A DNA stretch of 64,000 nucleotides from Eutreptiella sp. 'Long Island Sound 2002' (taxonomy: Eukaryota; Protista; Euglenida). Of this stretch, positions 33,129 through 43,492 are shown piece after piece (within the stretch, counting starts at the first letter, position 1; every line of letters starts with the position of its first letter). The stretch is from positions 200,012,001 to 200,076,000 of the forward strand of contig OZ038378.1 of NCBI GenBank assembly GCA_964036045.1. The letters are read 5' to 3'. The notes below the pieces were generated by a model, which saw only the letters and a list, made by a program, of their open reading frames with translations, did no database searches and was not told the origin of the DNA. A program made the position numbers and the translations under genes.

Positions 33129-33945
33129 CCCCTTCAAGACAATGCCCCCCTTCAAGACAATGCCCCCCCTTCAAGACAATGCCCCCTTCAAGACAATGCC
33201 CCCCTTCAAGACAATGCCCCCCTTCAAGACAATGCCCCCCTTCAAGACAATGCCCCCCTTCAAGACAATGCCCCCCCTTCAAGACAATGCCCCCCTTCAA
33301 GACAATGCCCCCCCTTCAAGACAATGCCCCCCCTTCAAGACAATGCCCCCCCTTCAAGACAATGCCCCCCCTTCAAGACAATGCCCCCCCTTCAAGACAA
33401 TGCCCCCCCTTCAAGACAATGCCCCCCTTCAAGACAATGCCCCCCCTTCAAGACAATGCCCCCCCTTCAAGACAATGCCCCCCCTTCAAGACAATGCCCC
33501 CCTTCAAGACAATGCCCCCCCTTCAAGACAATGCCCCCCCTTCAAGACAATGCCCCCCTTCAAGACAATGCCCCCCCTTCAAGACAATGCCCCCCCTTCA
33601 AGACAATGCCCCCCCTTCAAGACAATGCCCCCCCTTCAAGACAATGCCCCCCCTTCAAGACAATGCCCCCCCTTCAAGACAATGCCCCCCCTTCAAGACA
33701 ATGCCCCCCCTTCAAGACAATGCCCCCCCTTCAAGACAATGCCCCCCCTTCAAGACAATGCCCCCCCTTCAAGACAATGCCCCCCTTCAAGACAATGCCC
33801 CCCCTTCAAGACAATGCCCCCCCTTCAAGACAATGCCCCCCTTCAAGACAATGCCCCCCCTTCAAGACAATGCCCCCCCTTCAAGACAATGCCCCCCCTT
33901 CAAGACAATGCCCCCCTTCAAGACAATGCCCCCTTCAAGACAATG
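33129..33945. repeat. Intronic minisatellite: TTCAAGACAATG plus C5-C7, about 44 copies (estimated from length)
   Basis: An invariant 12-mer separated only by C-runs of variable length. There are no unique spacers. Confidence 0.97.
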
Positions 33946-35132
33946 TGTAGGCGGCTGTGCTGCCTCGTCCAACGCCCCCGCTCCGGCCCTGCTTTCGCTG
34001 GGCGCAGGCGCATCTGCATGGCCTCGGAGTGCGCCGGCACCGGCTGTGCCTCTTGGCTTCTGGCCGCAGCCGCCGTCTCTGGAGTGGTATTTTGAATGAG
34101 GCCCCTTGGGAAGTCGGGGTTTCAACTCCGGGGGGGCGGGGGGGTCAATGGAACCTCCGAAAACTGGAGGGAGGGGGGGTTCGGGAAAAGGGTCCAATTG
34201 ACAGGGCACAATCGACGGCCCCCAAAGTCCTACCGAGACTGACCCCGGGGCCCCGGAGGTGACCCGGACCCACAATTCGGCAAAAAAAATGAAAATGGGA
34301 CTTTTGGAATCAGCGCGTCGAGGGGGTTCAGAAAAGTCATCATTTGCCATGTATTTGGTGAAGAAAAAAATGACCATTTACAATTCTCAAAAAGTTGTTC
34401 GGCGCCTTTGGTAACAGAGTTCATGGTCCTCCTTGACCAAACCCCCCACCACTATGCCCCCCCCCCCCCCCTCAGCCCCGCCGCTTTGCCTGATTTCTTG
34501 AACATCGTCTCGAATACCTCCTCTTGTGGCAGGGAAGCGGAGGAGTCCTGCCAGTGTCCCTTGGTCTGGGGCAACACCCCTGCCCCAAAAGACAAGGGGC
34601 TGCAAGGGCCGCAGGCTTCTTTTCTTGTTCTTCAAGGGCCCATCTGATGTTACTCAACCAGAAGTACCGCAGAACAGGGCTAGGGCCCTGGGGGCTGGGG
34701 TTGGGGTTAGCGCAGGGCGCGCTTTGCGGGAGCGCCCTGCCAATGCCATTGCACAGTCACGAAGATGTGGGACTGGGGGTTAGTGTGGGACTGGGGGTTA
34801 GTGTGGGAAATGCAGGTGTGGGGCCGGGGGTGGGGGGAAGGCAAGAACAGGGTCTCCAAAGGTCGCTTGCCGTTGTGGGAGGGGGGCGATGGGGCTCCAA
34901 AGGCAGCCGGGCCTTGGAGCCCCTCCGCCGCGGGGGGGGAGGGGGGGTTGAACAGGGGGCTCCAAGCCCCCCCCCCCCTCCGGAGCCCGGCAGAGTTGTG
35001 CACGTCGTAGGCCATGCAGAGCCCGGCAGGCCTTTGGAGGCCCCGCCGGTGCCACATGGGCCTCACACTGAACGCACCCCGGAATTCGTTGCGAGGTCCG
35101 GTTTCTCTATGGGGACGGTGTACTGGAGCGGC

Positions 35133-35495
35133 CACGGGGGGGCGGCCGGGCCGGGTCCTTGTATGCGACCCCCCCCAGCCCCCCCCCCCCCCCCCCCCCC
35201 GCCCCCGGTTTTTGAAAGATAGTGGTGCCGGGTCGGCCCCCAACAAGTGTCCCTAGAGAAAACTGTCCGGCGCCAAAGGCGGCAATTTTTTTTTTCATAC
35301 TATGTGTTTATACTCAAAATACTCAAAATTTTGTAGAGAATTCATATTTGTGTTAAAACAACAAGAAAAATTTTTGACCTGAAGGAGGGCCACAGGAGGG
35401 CTGCAAGCCCTAACAGCAACCCTAGCCCTAACCCTAACCCTAGGGCTAACCCTAACTCTACCCGCATCAGGACCGTTGGTAGTCGCCCCCCCGTG
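35133..35495 (+). mobile_element. hAT-type MITE, 363 bp, with internal telomere-type repeats
   Basis: Perfect 12-bp TIR CACGGGGGGGCG / CGCCCCCCCGTG. Exact 8-bp TSD GGAGCGGC at 35125-35132 and 35496-35503. CCCTAA repeats at about 35408-35456. Confidence 0.92.
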
Positions 35496-35763
35496 GGAGC
35501 GGCGGGTGGGGGCAGGCGGGAATGGGGGCGGACACCCACTCCTCTGACTTCGGCGGCACAGCGGCCGGCACCGAACACGTTGTGTTTGCGCTGAACAGAG
35601 CCCACGCCGGGGCAGAGGCCAGCGCAGGGGCGCACGCGGCACGTCAGTACCCGAGCAGATTCGCGAAATGCCGCCTGCGCTACGCCCCTGCGGCCGGGGG
35701 ACGACTTGAGCATGGCCCCGCACAGTGCCCCTGAATTGTCGGTTTGCTCGTGTGTGTCCACAG

Positions 35764-35955
35764 GCGCTGTCCGCGGAGGAGCACATTCAGTGGGACCACA
35801 GCTCTGCCCGAGCGGTACCCGGTCGTTTCGAGTCGCGCCTTCTGGTCCTGCATGCGCAGGGGCGGGGGATGTTGGCCTCGCAGAGTCCGGCGCTGGAGCC
35901 GTTTCGCCGTTTTGTGGACTACTTCAAGGCGTTGCCGACGGTTTTGGGGGTCTAA
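35764..35955 (+). CDS. PCIF1: PCIF1-like terminal exon
   Basis: Acceptor TCCACAG|, phase 0, in frame with the previous exon: LPFVVLDE|ALSAEEHIQWDH...RLLVLHAQG. Ends at TAA 35953-35955. Confidence 0.65.
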   Translation, partial: ALSAEEHIQWDHSSARAVPGRFESRLLVLHAQGRGMLASQSPALEPFRRFVDYFKALPTVLGV

Positions 35956-36194
35956 AGTGTGCCGGTGCCTCCAAACGGGGTCTCTCTGTGGACTGGATCT
36001 TCTGCAGTGTTCTGGGCAGAGCACAATGGCCAATCCCTTGCCATCAAAACCGATGGCCAGATCCCAAACCCCCCAATTTTTGCATTGCGTATGATGAGCA
36101 GCATGAGGGTAGGAAGGAGAGCGTGAGCCGGCGAGGGAAGGAGTGGCAGGAGGCAGGGAAGAAAAGCGCGAGGCAGGGCGTGGGAGGGAGAAGG

Positions 36195-36300
36195 GGGAAG
36201 AGGGAGACAGAGACGGAGAGGGAGACAGAGACGGAGACGGAGACAGAGACGGAGAGGGAGAGGGACAGGGAGAGGGACAGGGAGAGCGACAGGGAGGGGA
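36195..36300. repeat. Purine-rich GAGAC(A/G)/GAGGGACAG repeats
   Basis: Directly visible in the sequence. Confidence 0.8.
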
Positions 36301-36624
36301 GGGCAGGGTGGAAGGAGGGTTGGTTGTCCTCCTCCCTCTCTTCGCTCCCGCCATCGCTCGCCTGTTTCCCCCCTCACTCCTGCGACCTAGCCCTCTTTTG
36401 CTTCCCTCGGAGAGATGTAGGGACCCAGGGAGAAATTGAGACAATGGGAGACTGGAGGGCACAGGTGTTTTGGATTCAGGCACGATGAGCATGTAGGGCC
36501 CATGGACCCCAATTCGGTTCGGCAGCGAACCATCATCAGTGAGATCAATATTGGATGTCCCTGGAAGCTGGTACACCACATTGGTTGTAATACGCGTCTG
36601 CCCCGGAATGGGACAACAGGCCCT

Positions 36625-37020
36625 GTAAACCCCCCCCCCCCCCGAAAGTAAGACCCCGCCCCAAAAGTAAGACCCCCCCAAAAGTAAGACCCCCTTGCAG
36701 GCTCAGGACCAGCCGTCCCAAAAGTAAGACCCCCTTAGTGGCACATGCACGGTAGCAACACATTCACAGGAGCCTCAACAACTTCAAATTCTGAGTCATC
36801 AGATGACTCTACCTCGTCAATGGTGTCAGTTTCCTCCAGCTGCAGGTCGTCTAAAAGCATGGGCTCAGACATTTTCTGTGTCGGGAAAGGTGAAGTGACA
36901 GCAAAGTGGATGAACCCAAAAGTAAGACCCCCCCCAAAAGTAAGACCCCTCTTGGGACCCAGGACCAGCCGGACTGAAAGTAAGACCCCCGGTCTTACTT
37001 TCGGGGGGGGAGGGGTTTAC
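36625..37020. mobile_element. 396-bp TIR element (MITE or deletion derivative) with AAAGTAAGACCC subterminal repeats
   Basis: About 29-bp TIR GTAAACC(C)nGAAAGTAAGACC / GGTCTTACTTTC(G)n..GTTTAC. About 7 internal AAAGTAAGACCC copies. A minus-strand acidic coding scrap reads LDDLQLEETDTIDEVESSDDSEFE. Confidence 0.8.
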
Positions 37021-37549
37021 TTGTTGCTAACCGGCCCGGCCCTCCTCTGCAGATGGAACGTATTTTCCGCACGGCGGGCAGCATTTCAGGTCCTCCGTGA
37101 GCAATGTTTGGCAAACCATGACCAATGGTGGAAGAATAAAGGGGCCGGTGAGGCACTGCACATGAAGACCAGACGTTGCCTCATCGGTGCGTGGTGAGGG
37201 TTTGAGTAGAGGAACAAAATATCAGTTACTGATCGAGGGGTTTGCACGAAGTACATGCAATTGATTGACTGCACATGTCAATCATATGTATTCGCAGTTC
37301 AATGGTTGGCCACTTGGGCGACATACAATTCCATGTCCGTTTGCACACCCTCGAGTGGGTTAGTGACTTATTTGACTTGCTGCATTTGAGTGCATGCCAA
37401 TGCTGATCAAATGGTCAGGCGGCACAGGAACAGGCGGAAGAGGACGACCGACAGGGGCGTCAACGAGAGCATCCGCAGATGGCAGATGGGGCACAGACTT
37501 GTGCCGTGGCGCTTTTATGAAAAGATCTGACTGTGTACTGCAACCCTTT

Positions 37550-38330
37550 ATGGGCCACTGCATACCGCGACTCTATTCTGCGCGGGTGTGCCTGTGCCGC
37601 ACCTCTCTTCCGCTGCAACCCTGTACCGCTGCTGTACGCTGCGACTCTGTACCGCAAGTCTGCAATGAACCGAAACCGCCACCCCAAACCGCACCGTGAC
37701 TCTTCTTTCCTGCAACACTACACATAGACCCTGTTCTGCGACTCTACACTGCGACTCTGTACCGCAACTATATGCCACAGCTCCCGACCGCGACACTATG
37801 CAGCACCCCTATACCACGATTCTATACTCGACTCTGTACCGCGACTCTGGATCGCGACTCTCAACTGCCACTCTATGCCACGAGTCTCTATCGCGATACC
37901 ACGACGCGTTTCTGTACTGCAACTCTATCCCACGATCACAGCATAGATCCGCGGTGCAGATTTGTCACATAGATTCGTGGTATAGAAGCGTAGTACATGG
38001 TCGCGGTACAGTGTTGCCACACAACATCTCGGTATATAGTCGCGGTATAATCGCTGTACAGGGTCGTGGTATAGACTGAATTTTACTCCTCAATTCTGTA
38101 TGCCGTGATTTTTTTCTGTCACTCTGGTCCCTTACCCTATCCCAGGACCGTATACCACCATTTTATACCCTCGCTCGATGCGGTGGCCGTTGTATTTTCC
38201 TCTCGCGACTCTATGTCGCACCTCTGTGCCAAGAATCTGTGTTGTTCTACATCGTGACTCGTTGCCATGGCGTTATACTTTGACTACAACCCACAACTCT
38301 ATAAGCCGGCTCTACACCGGGACTTTGCAG
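37550..38330. repeat. Degenerate GCGACTCT(G/A)TACC array with an internal inverted block
   Basis: Forward motifs at about 37560-37960 and 38150-38320. Reverse-complement motifs (GTCGCGGTA, AGTCGCGGTATA, GGTCGTGGTATAG) at about 37998-38075. Confidence 0.7.
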
Positions 38331-39075
38331 GGAATTGCCCTTGGTGGCAGCACCGGTAGCAGTACCGATACCAGTAGCAGCTCTACGATTGATGGCAGTG
38401 GCTGTGCTGACAAGTCTTTTTAGTTTTTCGGGGCGGAGTGTACAGCCCCCGCCCATCCGGCCAACGCAGGCTTGTTCAGTAATGCATCAGAGCGGAGAAC
38501 ACCAAGACGCGCAAAGACCACAGTGGTCAGGAATTGCAGAGCGTTCCAATCGAGTGCTTTTTCCAATTGTTTGCATGTTGGGAGTGTTGGCCTGTCGTAG
38601 CGAGTGCCCACTCTCCTGAGCTTTGGTTTCTCGTGTACTACAAGGAATAACCATCACGGCCCCTCTCCACTGTAGCACGGGCTGCGGAGGGTGCATGATT
38701 TAGGCTCCAATCCAGCTGTAGATCCATACTACCACATCCAATTCCATCAGACCAGCTTCCACTACACCACCTGATGCCTTAGGAATGCTTGGGGGGACGC
38801 TAGGTGCACTCTCCCCCGCTCCGGGGACTAGGAGAGGATGGGCATCGTGGGACCCCTGTCCGTCTCTCGTAGCGCCAAATTGCAGATCAGGGTTGGCTGG
38901 TGTACTACCAAGCAAATGTGCTAGGAAACATTTCAAGCAGCTGTGCACATTGGGTGGGGGATTGCAAAAGCCTAAGAATGCTGTAGAAAACCCCTTGCAA
39001 AATACAACCACTCACATCATGCATTTTGGTTAGAAAAAGAGCGTTTCAAGGTAAAGGGATTTTGCGACATGTGCT

Positions 39076-39180
39076 TGTGGACAAGGCCTCTTATCCATTG
39101 TGGACATGGCCCCTTGTCTAGTGTGGACAAGACTGCTTGTCCATTTTGGACAGGGCTGCTTGTCTAGTTTGGACAGGGCC
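39076..39180. repeat. 23-bp tandem repeat, about 5 copies
   Basis: TGGACA at 39078, 39101, 39124, 39147 and 39170. Confidence 0.85.
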
Positions 39181-39436
39181 TATATAGGGACGGTTTGTGA
39201 TGGGATTGTGTGCATGTGATTGCACAGTTATTTGACGGGAGCCATGCTGACTGCATGTGCATGTTAAACTTTTGACCCTTTGAACCAAGAGGTTTCTCCG
39301 TGGCACATTAGGGCACAATCTGCACCAAACTGCACAACGGGATCTACACGTGCCCCAGAAGTTTTGGAACAGAGCTTCGCCCAACCCCTTTCATTCGACT
39401 CACGTGCTTTGCCTCAGAATCTTTACAAAAGGTGTC

Positions 39437-42151
39437 ATGCCGGGAGCTGCAGAACCCCCCGCTCTAGTGGCCAGCCTGGTGGCTGCTTGGCAAGAAGACC
39501 GCTCCCCTTTGGTCAATTGGGGTGCTCTGGTCCCTGCTCTGGTCAGGCTTTCCAGTGACATTCTTAGTGCGGCAGCTACTAGCACCGCCGAGCATGGCAG
39601 GCCTGTACAGGTGCCTCAACAGCAGTGCTGGGATCTCCTGAACGCGAGTGAAGAGCTGCAGGACAGTCTGGAGAAGCTGCAGCAGAGATACGCCCGCCGA
39701 GGGCAAGACGAGCCGCGCAGTGTGGACGGAGTCATGCAAGCGGACGCAGGGGTCATCAACCTTTTTGAGGGTTGCACAAAGTCCACGTTGGTGGAGGCGC
39801 TGCAGGACATTGACTTCGCCGCCGAAGCAAAGGGCCTCGGGCTGGCATACTGGATGTGCACGCACTGTGAGAGGCCCACATCAGAAAATTATGCCGAGCA
39901 TATGTCCCAGAAACACCCCTGGATTATGCCCGGTGACCCGCCGGAGTCACTGCGTGTAGAAGTCCTGCTCAGCATTGTACAGGACACTCGCCGGCCAGCG
40001 ATCACGGCGTACAGCGCAGAGTCTCCGGTCTATCGTGCGTCCAACAGAGCCGTGCGGCAATGGCGCCAAGACAAGACGGCGTTCCAGAAGTGGCGCAGAT
40101 TTGCACATTTGCTGGATTGTGAGCTGCGACTGCTGCCGCGCTTTGTCGGCAGTGTATACCGCGCCGTTCCCCGGCGCGTGCCCATCGCTGTATACAGCGC
40201 AGGACATGTGGTCACGTGGAACCAGCCCTCAAGCGCGTCGGAAGACCCCCGTGTTGCACGCCACTTCCTGAAGACGGGGGGCGGAGGGCGGCCACAGGGC
40301 GCTATTTTCATCATCCAGTCCGCCACAGGGCGACCCATTGCGGAGTACTCCCTCCACAAAGAGGAAAAGGAGGTATTGTTTCCCACCGGAACCCAGTTTC
40401 AGGTGGTGAGCTGCGCCGATGCCGGCCTCAAGAAGCTGCTGGAGGCCGCCATGCGCTGCAGTTTGGCGGATGTGGATGTGTACGAAATGCGGGAGTTGAC
40501 GCTGGACAGTTGGCAGGACCTTGGGACCTTCATGGACGGGTCGCAGTGTGCGCAAAATCAGGAGCTGTTGGCTTTGATCAGCCAGCAGCACACGAGCCTC
40601 CAAGTGTGTCGGAACGTGACAAAGCGCTGCTGCGTGCCAATGTCGTGCCTGCTGAACAGGGAAGACGGGACGACGGCCCTTCATTTAGCCGTGGCAGTCC
40701 CGAACAACTTGTCCTGTGTGCACTTGGTGTGCTCTGCATTGCGCGACCGGGATGCTCTGAGGAAGGACGGTCGGGGGCAGACGGCGCTGCAGGTTGCGGT
40801 GGATTTGGGGCATAAAGACGCCGCGCTGTTCCTCATCGCGCGATTTGGTGGTTGGGAGCACCTGTCCAAGTTGCAGCTATGCCGTGCATTGCCCTGGGTA
40901 TGTGAGGCGGGCGACGAGGCGTTGGTCAAAGCCCTTTGTACGGCTGCCGAGAGCCGGGATGCCATGCAAAACGGGCTCGTGCAGGCGTGTCTGCACAACC
41001 AAATGGGTTGCCTTGCATTGTTGATTGACCACCAGGCGGACGTGGCTCGGCCCAACACGAGCGGATGGACGCCGCTGGCAGCCGCGGCTCAGCATGGACA
41101 TCTGCATTGTGTTGAGGCCATCCTTGGCCACAACGTGGATGTTGCCCAGGTCACCAAAAATGGAAAGACAGCGCTGATGTCGGCATCGCAGAACGGGCAC
41201 GCAGCGTGCGTCGACTCCCTCGTTCGCCACAGCGCAAATGTGGCCCAGGCCACCAGCACTGGATGGACAGCGCTGATGTTCGCGTCGCAGAACGGGCACG
41301 TCTCGTGCATTGCCTCCCTCATGGGTCACAAAGCGGACGTGGCTCAAGCCAACCATGAAGGATGGACAGCGCTGATTCTGGCATCCCAGAACGGGCACGG
41401 TGCATGCATTGATGCCTTGGTCCGCCACAACACGGATGTGGCCCAGGCCAACAACGACGGATGGACCGCGCTGATGGTGGCGTCGCAGTATGGGCACGTC
41501 TCATGCATTGACTGCCTCGTTGGCCACGGAGCGGATGTGGCCCAGACCCGGAAGGACGGATGGACCGCGCTGATGTCAGCCTCGTTTCATGGGCACTCCT
41601 CGTGCATTGACTGCCTCGTCGACTACAACGCGGATGCGGCCCACGTCAGGACCGACGGAGGGACAGCGTTAATGCTGGCGTCACGTCAGGGCCACGTCTC
41701 ATGCATTAAGTCCCTCGTTGCCCACAAAGCGGATGTGGCCTCGGTCAAGACCGATGGGCACACAGCGCTGATGTTTGCGTCACGTCAGGGGCACGTCTCG
41801 TGCATCGATTGCCTCGTCGACTGCAACGCAAATGTGTCTCAGGCCTGGGAGGACGGGCGGACGGCGCTGATGGCCGCGGCATTTCATGGGCATGTGTCGT
41901 GCATTGACTCCCTTGTGGGCCACAAGGCGGATGTGGCCCAGGCGAAAAAGGACGGGTCGACAGCGCTGATGTTGGCAGCACAGAACGGGCACGTGTCATG
42001 CATTGTGTCCCTCGTTGGCCACAAAGCGGATGTAGCCCAAGCCAACAGCACTGGATCAACGGCGCTGATGTTGGCAACACAGCACGGGCACGACTCATGT
42101 ATTGATGCCCTTGTTCGCCACAAGGCAAAAGGGAACCCACGACCATGCTGA
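39437..42151 (+). CDS. NAD+:arginine-type ADP-ribosyltransferase (R-S-E) with C2H2-like finger and C-terminal ankyrin repeats
   Basis: CTHC...HMSQKH finger. ART motifs VYRA (R at 40160), QPSSAS and EKEVLF (40364-40372). Eleven canonical GxT(A/P)L ankyrin repeats plus degenerate ones. Single intronless ORF with first ATG at 39437. Confidence 0.9.
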   Translation: MPGAAEPPALVASLVAAWQEDRSPLVNWGALVPALVRLSSDILSAAATSTAEHGRPVQVPQQQCWDLLNASEELQDSLEKLQQRYARRGQDEPRSVDGVMQADAGVINLFEGCTKSTLVEALQDIDFAAEAKGLGLAYWMCTHCERPTSENYAEHMSQKHPWIMPGDPPESLRVEVLLSIVQDTRRPAITAYSAESPVYRASNRAVRQWRQDKTAFQKWRRFAHLLDCELRLLPRFVGSVYRAVPRRVPIAVYSAGHVVTWNQPSSASEDPRVARHFLKTGGGGRPQGAIFIIQSATGRPIAEYSLHKEEKEVLFPTGTQFQVVSCADAGLKKLLEAAMRCSLADVDVYEMRELTLDSWQDLGTFMDGSQCAQNQELLALISQQHTSLQVCRNVTKRCCVPMSCLLNREDGTTALHLAVAVPNNLSCVHLVCSALRDRDALRKDGRGQTALQVAVDLGHKDAALFLIARFGGWEHLSKLQLCRALPWVCEAGDEALVKALCTAAESRDAMQNGLVQACLHNQMGCLALLIDHQADVARPNTSGWTPLAAAAQHGHLHCVEAILGHNVDVAQVTKNGKTALMSASQNGHAACVDSLVRHSANVAQATSTGWTALMFASQNGHVSCIASLMGHKADVAQANHEGWTALILASQNGHGACIDALVRHNTDVAQANNDGWTALMVASQYGHVSCIDCLVGHGADVAQTRKDGWTALMSASFHGHSSCIDCLVDYNADAAHVRTDGGTALMLASRQGHVSCIKSLVAHKADVASVKTDGHTALMFASRQGHVSCIDCLVDCNANVSQAWEDGRTALMAAAFHGHVSCIDSLVGHKADVAQAKKDGSTALMLAAQNGHVSCIVSLVGHKADVAQANSTGSTALMLATQHGHDSCIDALVRHKAKGNPRPC

Positions 42152-42469
42152 TTTTATTTCACCCCCAAAATGTAATCCAAATGTGACCAGGTCCACTGAC
42201 ATTTGGCTCGGCAGCCAAGCGCATCAAAGCCCAATTGCCTCGTTGGCCCTTGTCACTCTGCGACCGGTGGTTGGGGCTTAGACAAGGGGGAGGAAGGAGG
42301 TTGAGTGCACGTGGCAGTTGGCAGAATGAAACGGTTTTGGTGAAGTGGTAGATTGTTTGAACAGTTGTGTGGATGCAGTCGAGGGGGTGGTTTATTTTCA
42401 GTGCATGGTGGCCCGAATCCTAATCAAGACTTGCAACTAGGACCAAGCTGGGTCCTGGTCTTGCGCATT

Positions 42470-42730
42470 GCTGTGGAAGAAGAACGGCCCTCATTGGAGA
42501 CGCCTGCTTGACACACTTGCGATCGTCAGGACAATGGTCCCAAAAATGCGCTGAAGAACGGCTCATTTTTGCCTCTAAATGGACCACCACATGGCACTAC
42601 GGCGTGGGAGACGCCTCATTGAACACCCATTTGCAATCATTTGATAGCCCGCTATGGAAGAAGAACGGCCCTTATTAGAGACACCTGCATGACGTGCTAG
42701 CGATCGTCCTGAACTTTCAGGATGATCGTC
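42470..42730. repeat. About 180-bp-period duplication
   Basis: GCT(G/A)TGGAAGAAGAACGGCCCT(C/T)ATT(G/A)GAGAC(G/A)CCTGC...GCGATCGTC occurs at about 42471 and about 42651. Confidence 0.75.
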
Positions 42731-43386
42731 CTGAAAACTGGCTGAAAACGTTTATTTTTGGACCCCAAATTGGCCATATACCAGGCTAGGTGGGTCAACA
42801 TGACACGAAACTTGTTTCAGGTGATGCACATTTGCTTTGTGGTTGTGTTGAGCTCCTTGGATGCCGATTTTGAGTCAGGTTGTCCCAAAAAAGACTTCCT
42901 TCTCGTCTGTTGCTGCTTGCTGTGGCTGCTTGCTGTTGCTGCTACTGCTGCTGCTGCTGCTAAAATGCGTTGCTCACCCTAGACCCTAAGAAGGGTTGTA
43001 AAACCTCCACTGTGAAACCCAGCTCGGTAATTCCTTTTACAACTCTGGCTGTTGTTGAGAGGTATGGCTCCTGGGTGGTTTGGGTTGGCGGGGGGGGGGG
43101 GGGGGTTCGCACAGCACCATGAGCTCGTGTTTGCCACATTTTTTCGTGACGCTTGCTGACTCTTGTCAAAAAGTAAGACTCTGCCGGCGCTTACACACTG
43201 CATCTAAGCCAGGGGGGGGGGGTGTCTCCTCGGTTCGGGTACGCGACCCCCCCCTTCCCAGGGTGCACATGTGTGGAGCTTGCCAGCATTTGCGGAAGCA
43301 ACAGCTTGCCAATGGTTGCCGGGAACAGTTGTGACATTTGGTTTGCCTTGAGGTATTGCTTTCCATGGTGTGGTTCCCACTGTGCT

Positions 43387-43388
<2 letters not shown>

Positions 43389-43466
<78 letters not shown>

Positions 43467-43492
43467 TGTGTGTGTGTGTCTGTGTGTGTGTG
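43389..43492. repeat. (TG)n microsatellite
   Basis: Directly visible in the sequence. Confidence 0.98.

Noticed and set aside
33071-34099. Long ORFs in several frames (PPSRQC/FKTMP/LQDNA) and a CRISPR-like appearance
   Set aside because: These are translations of the minisatellite. There are no unique spacers and no cas genes, so it is neither a CRISPR array nor a credible protein.
43222-43492. N-terminal CVCV part of the 621-aa ORF
   Set aside because: This is read-through of a (TG)n microsatellite. Only the sequence from about 43493 looks coding.
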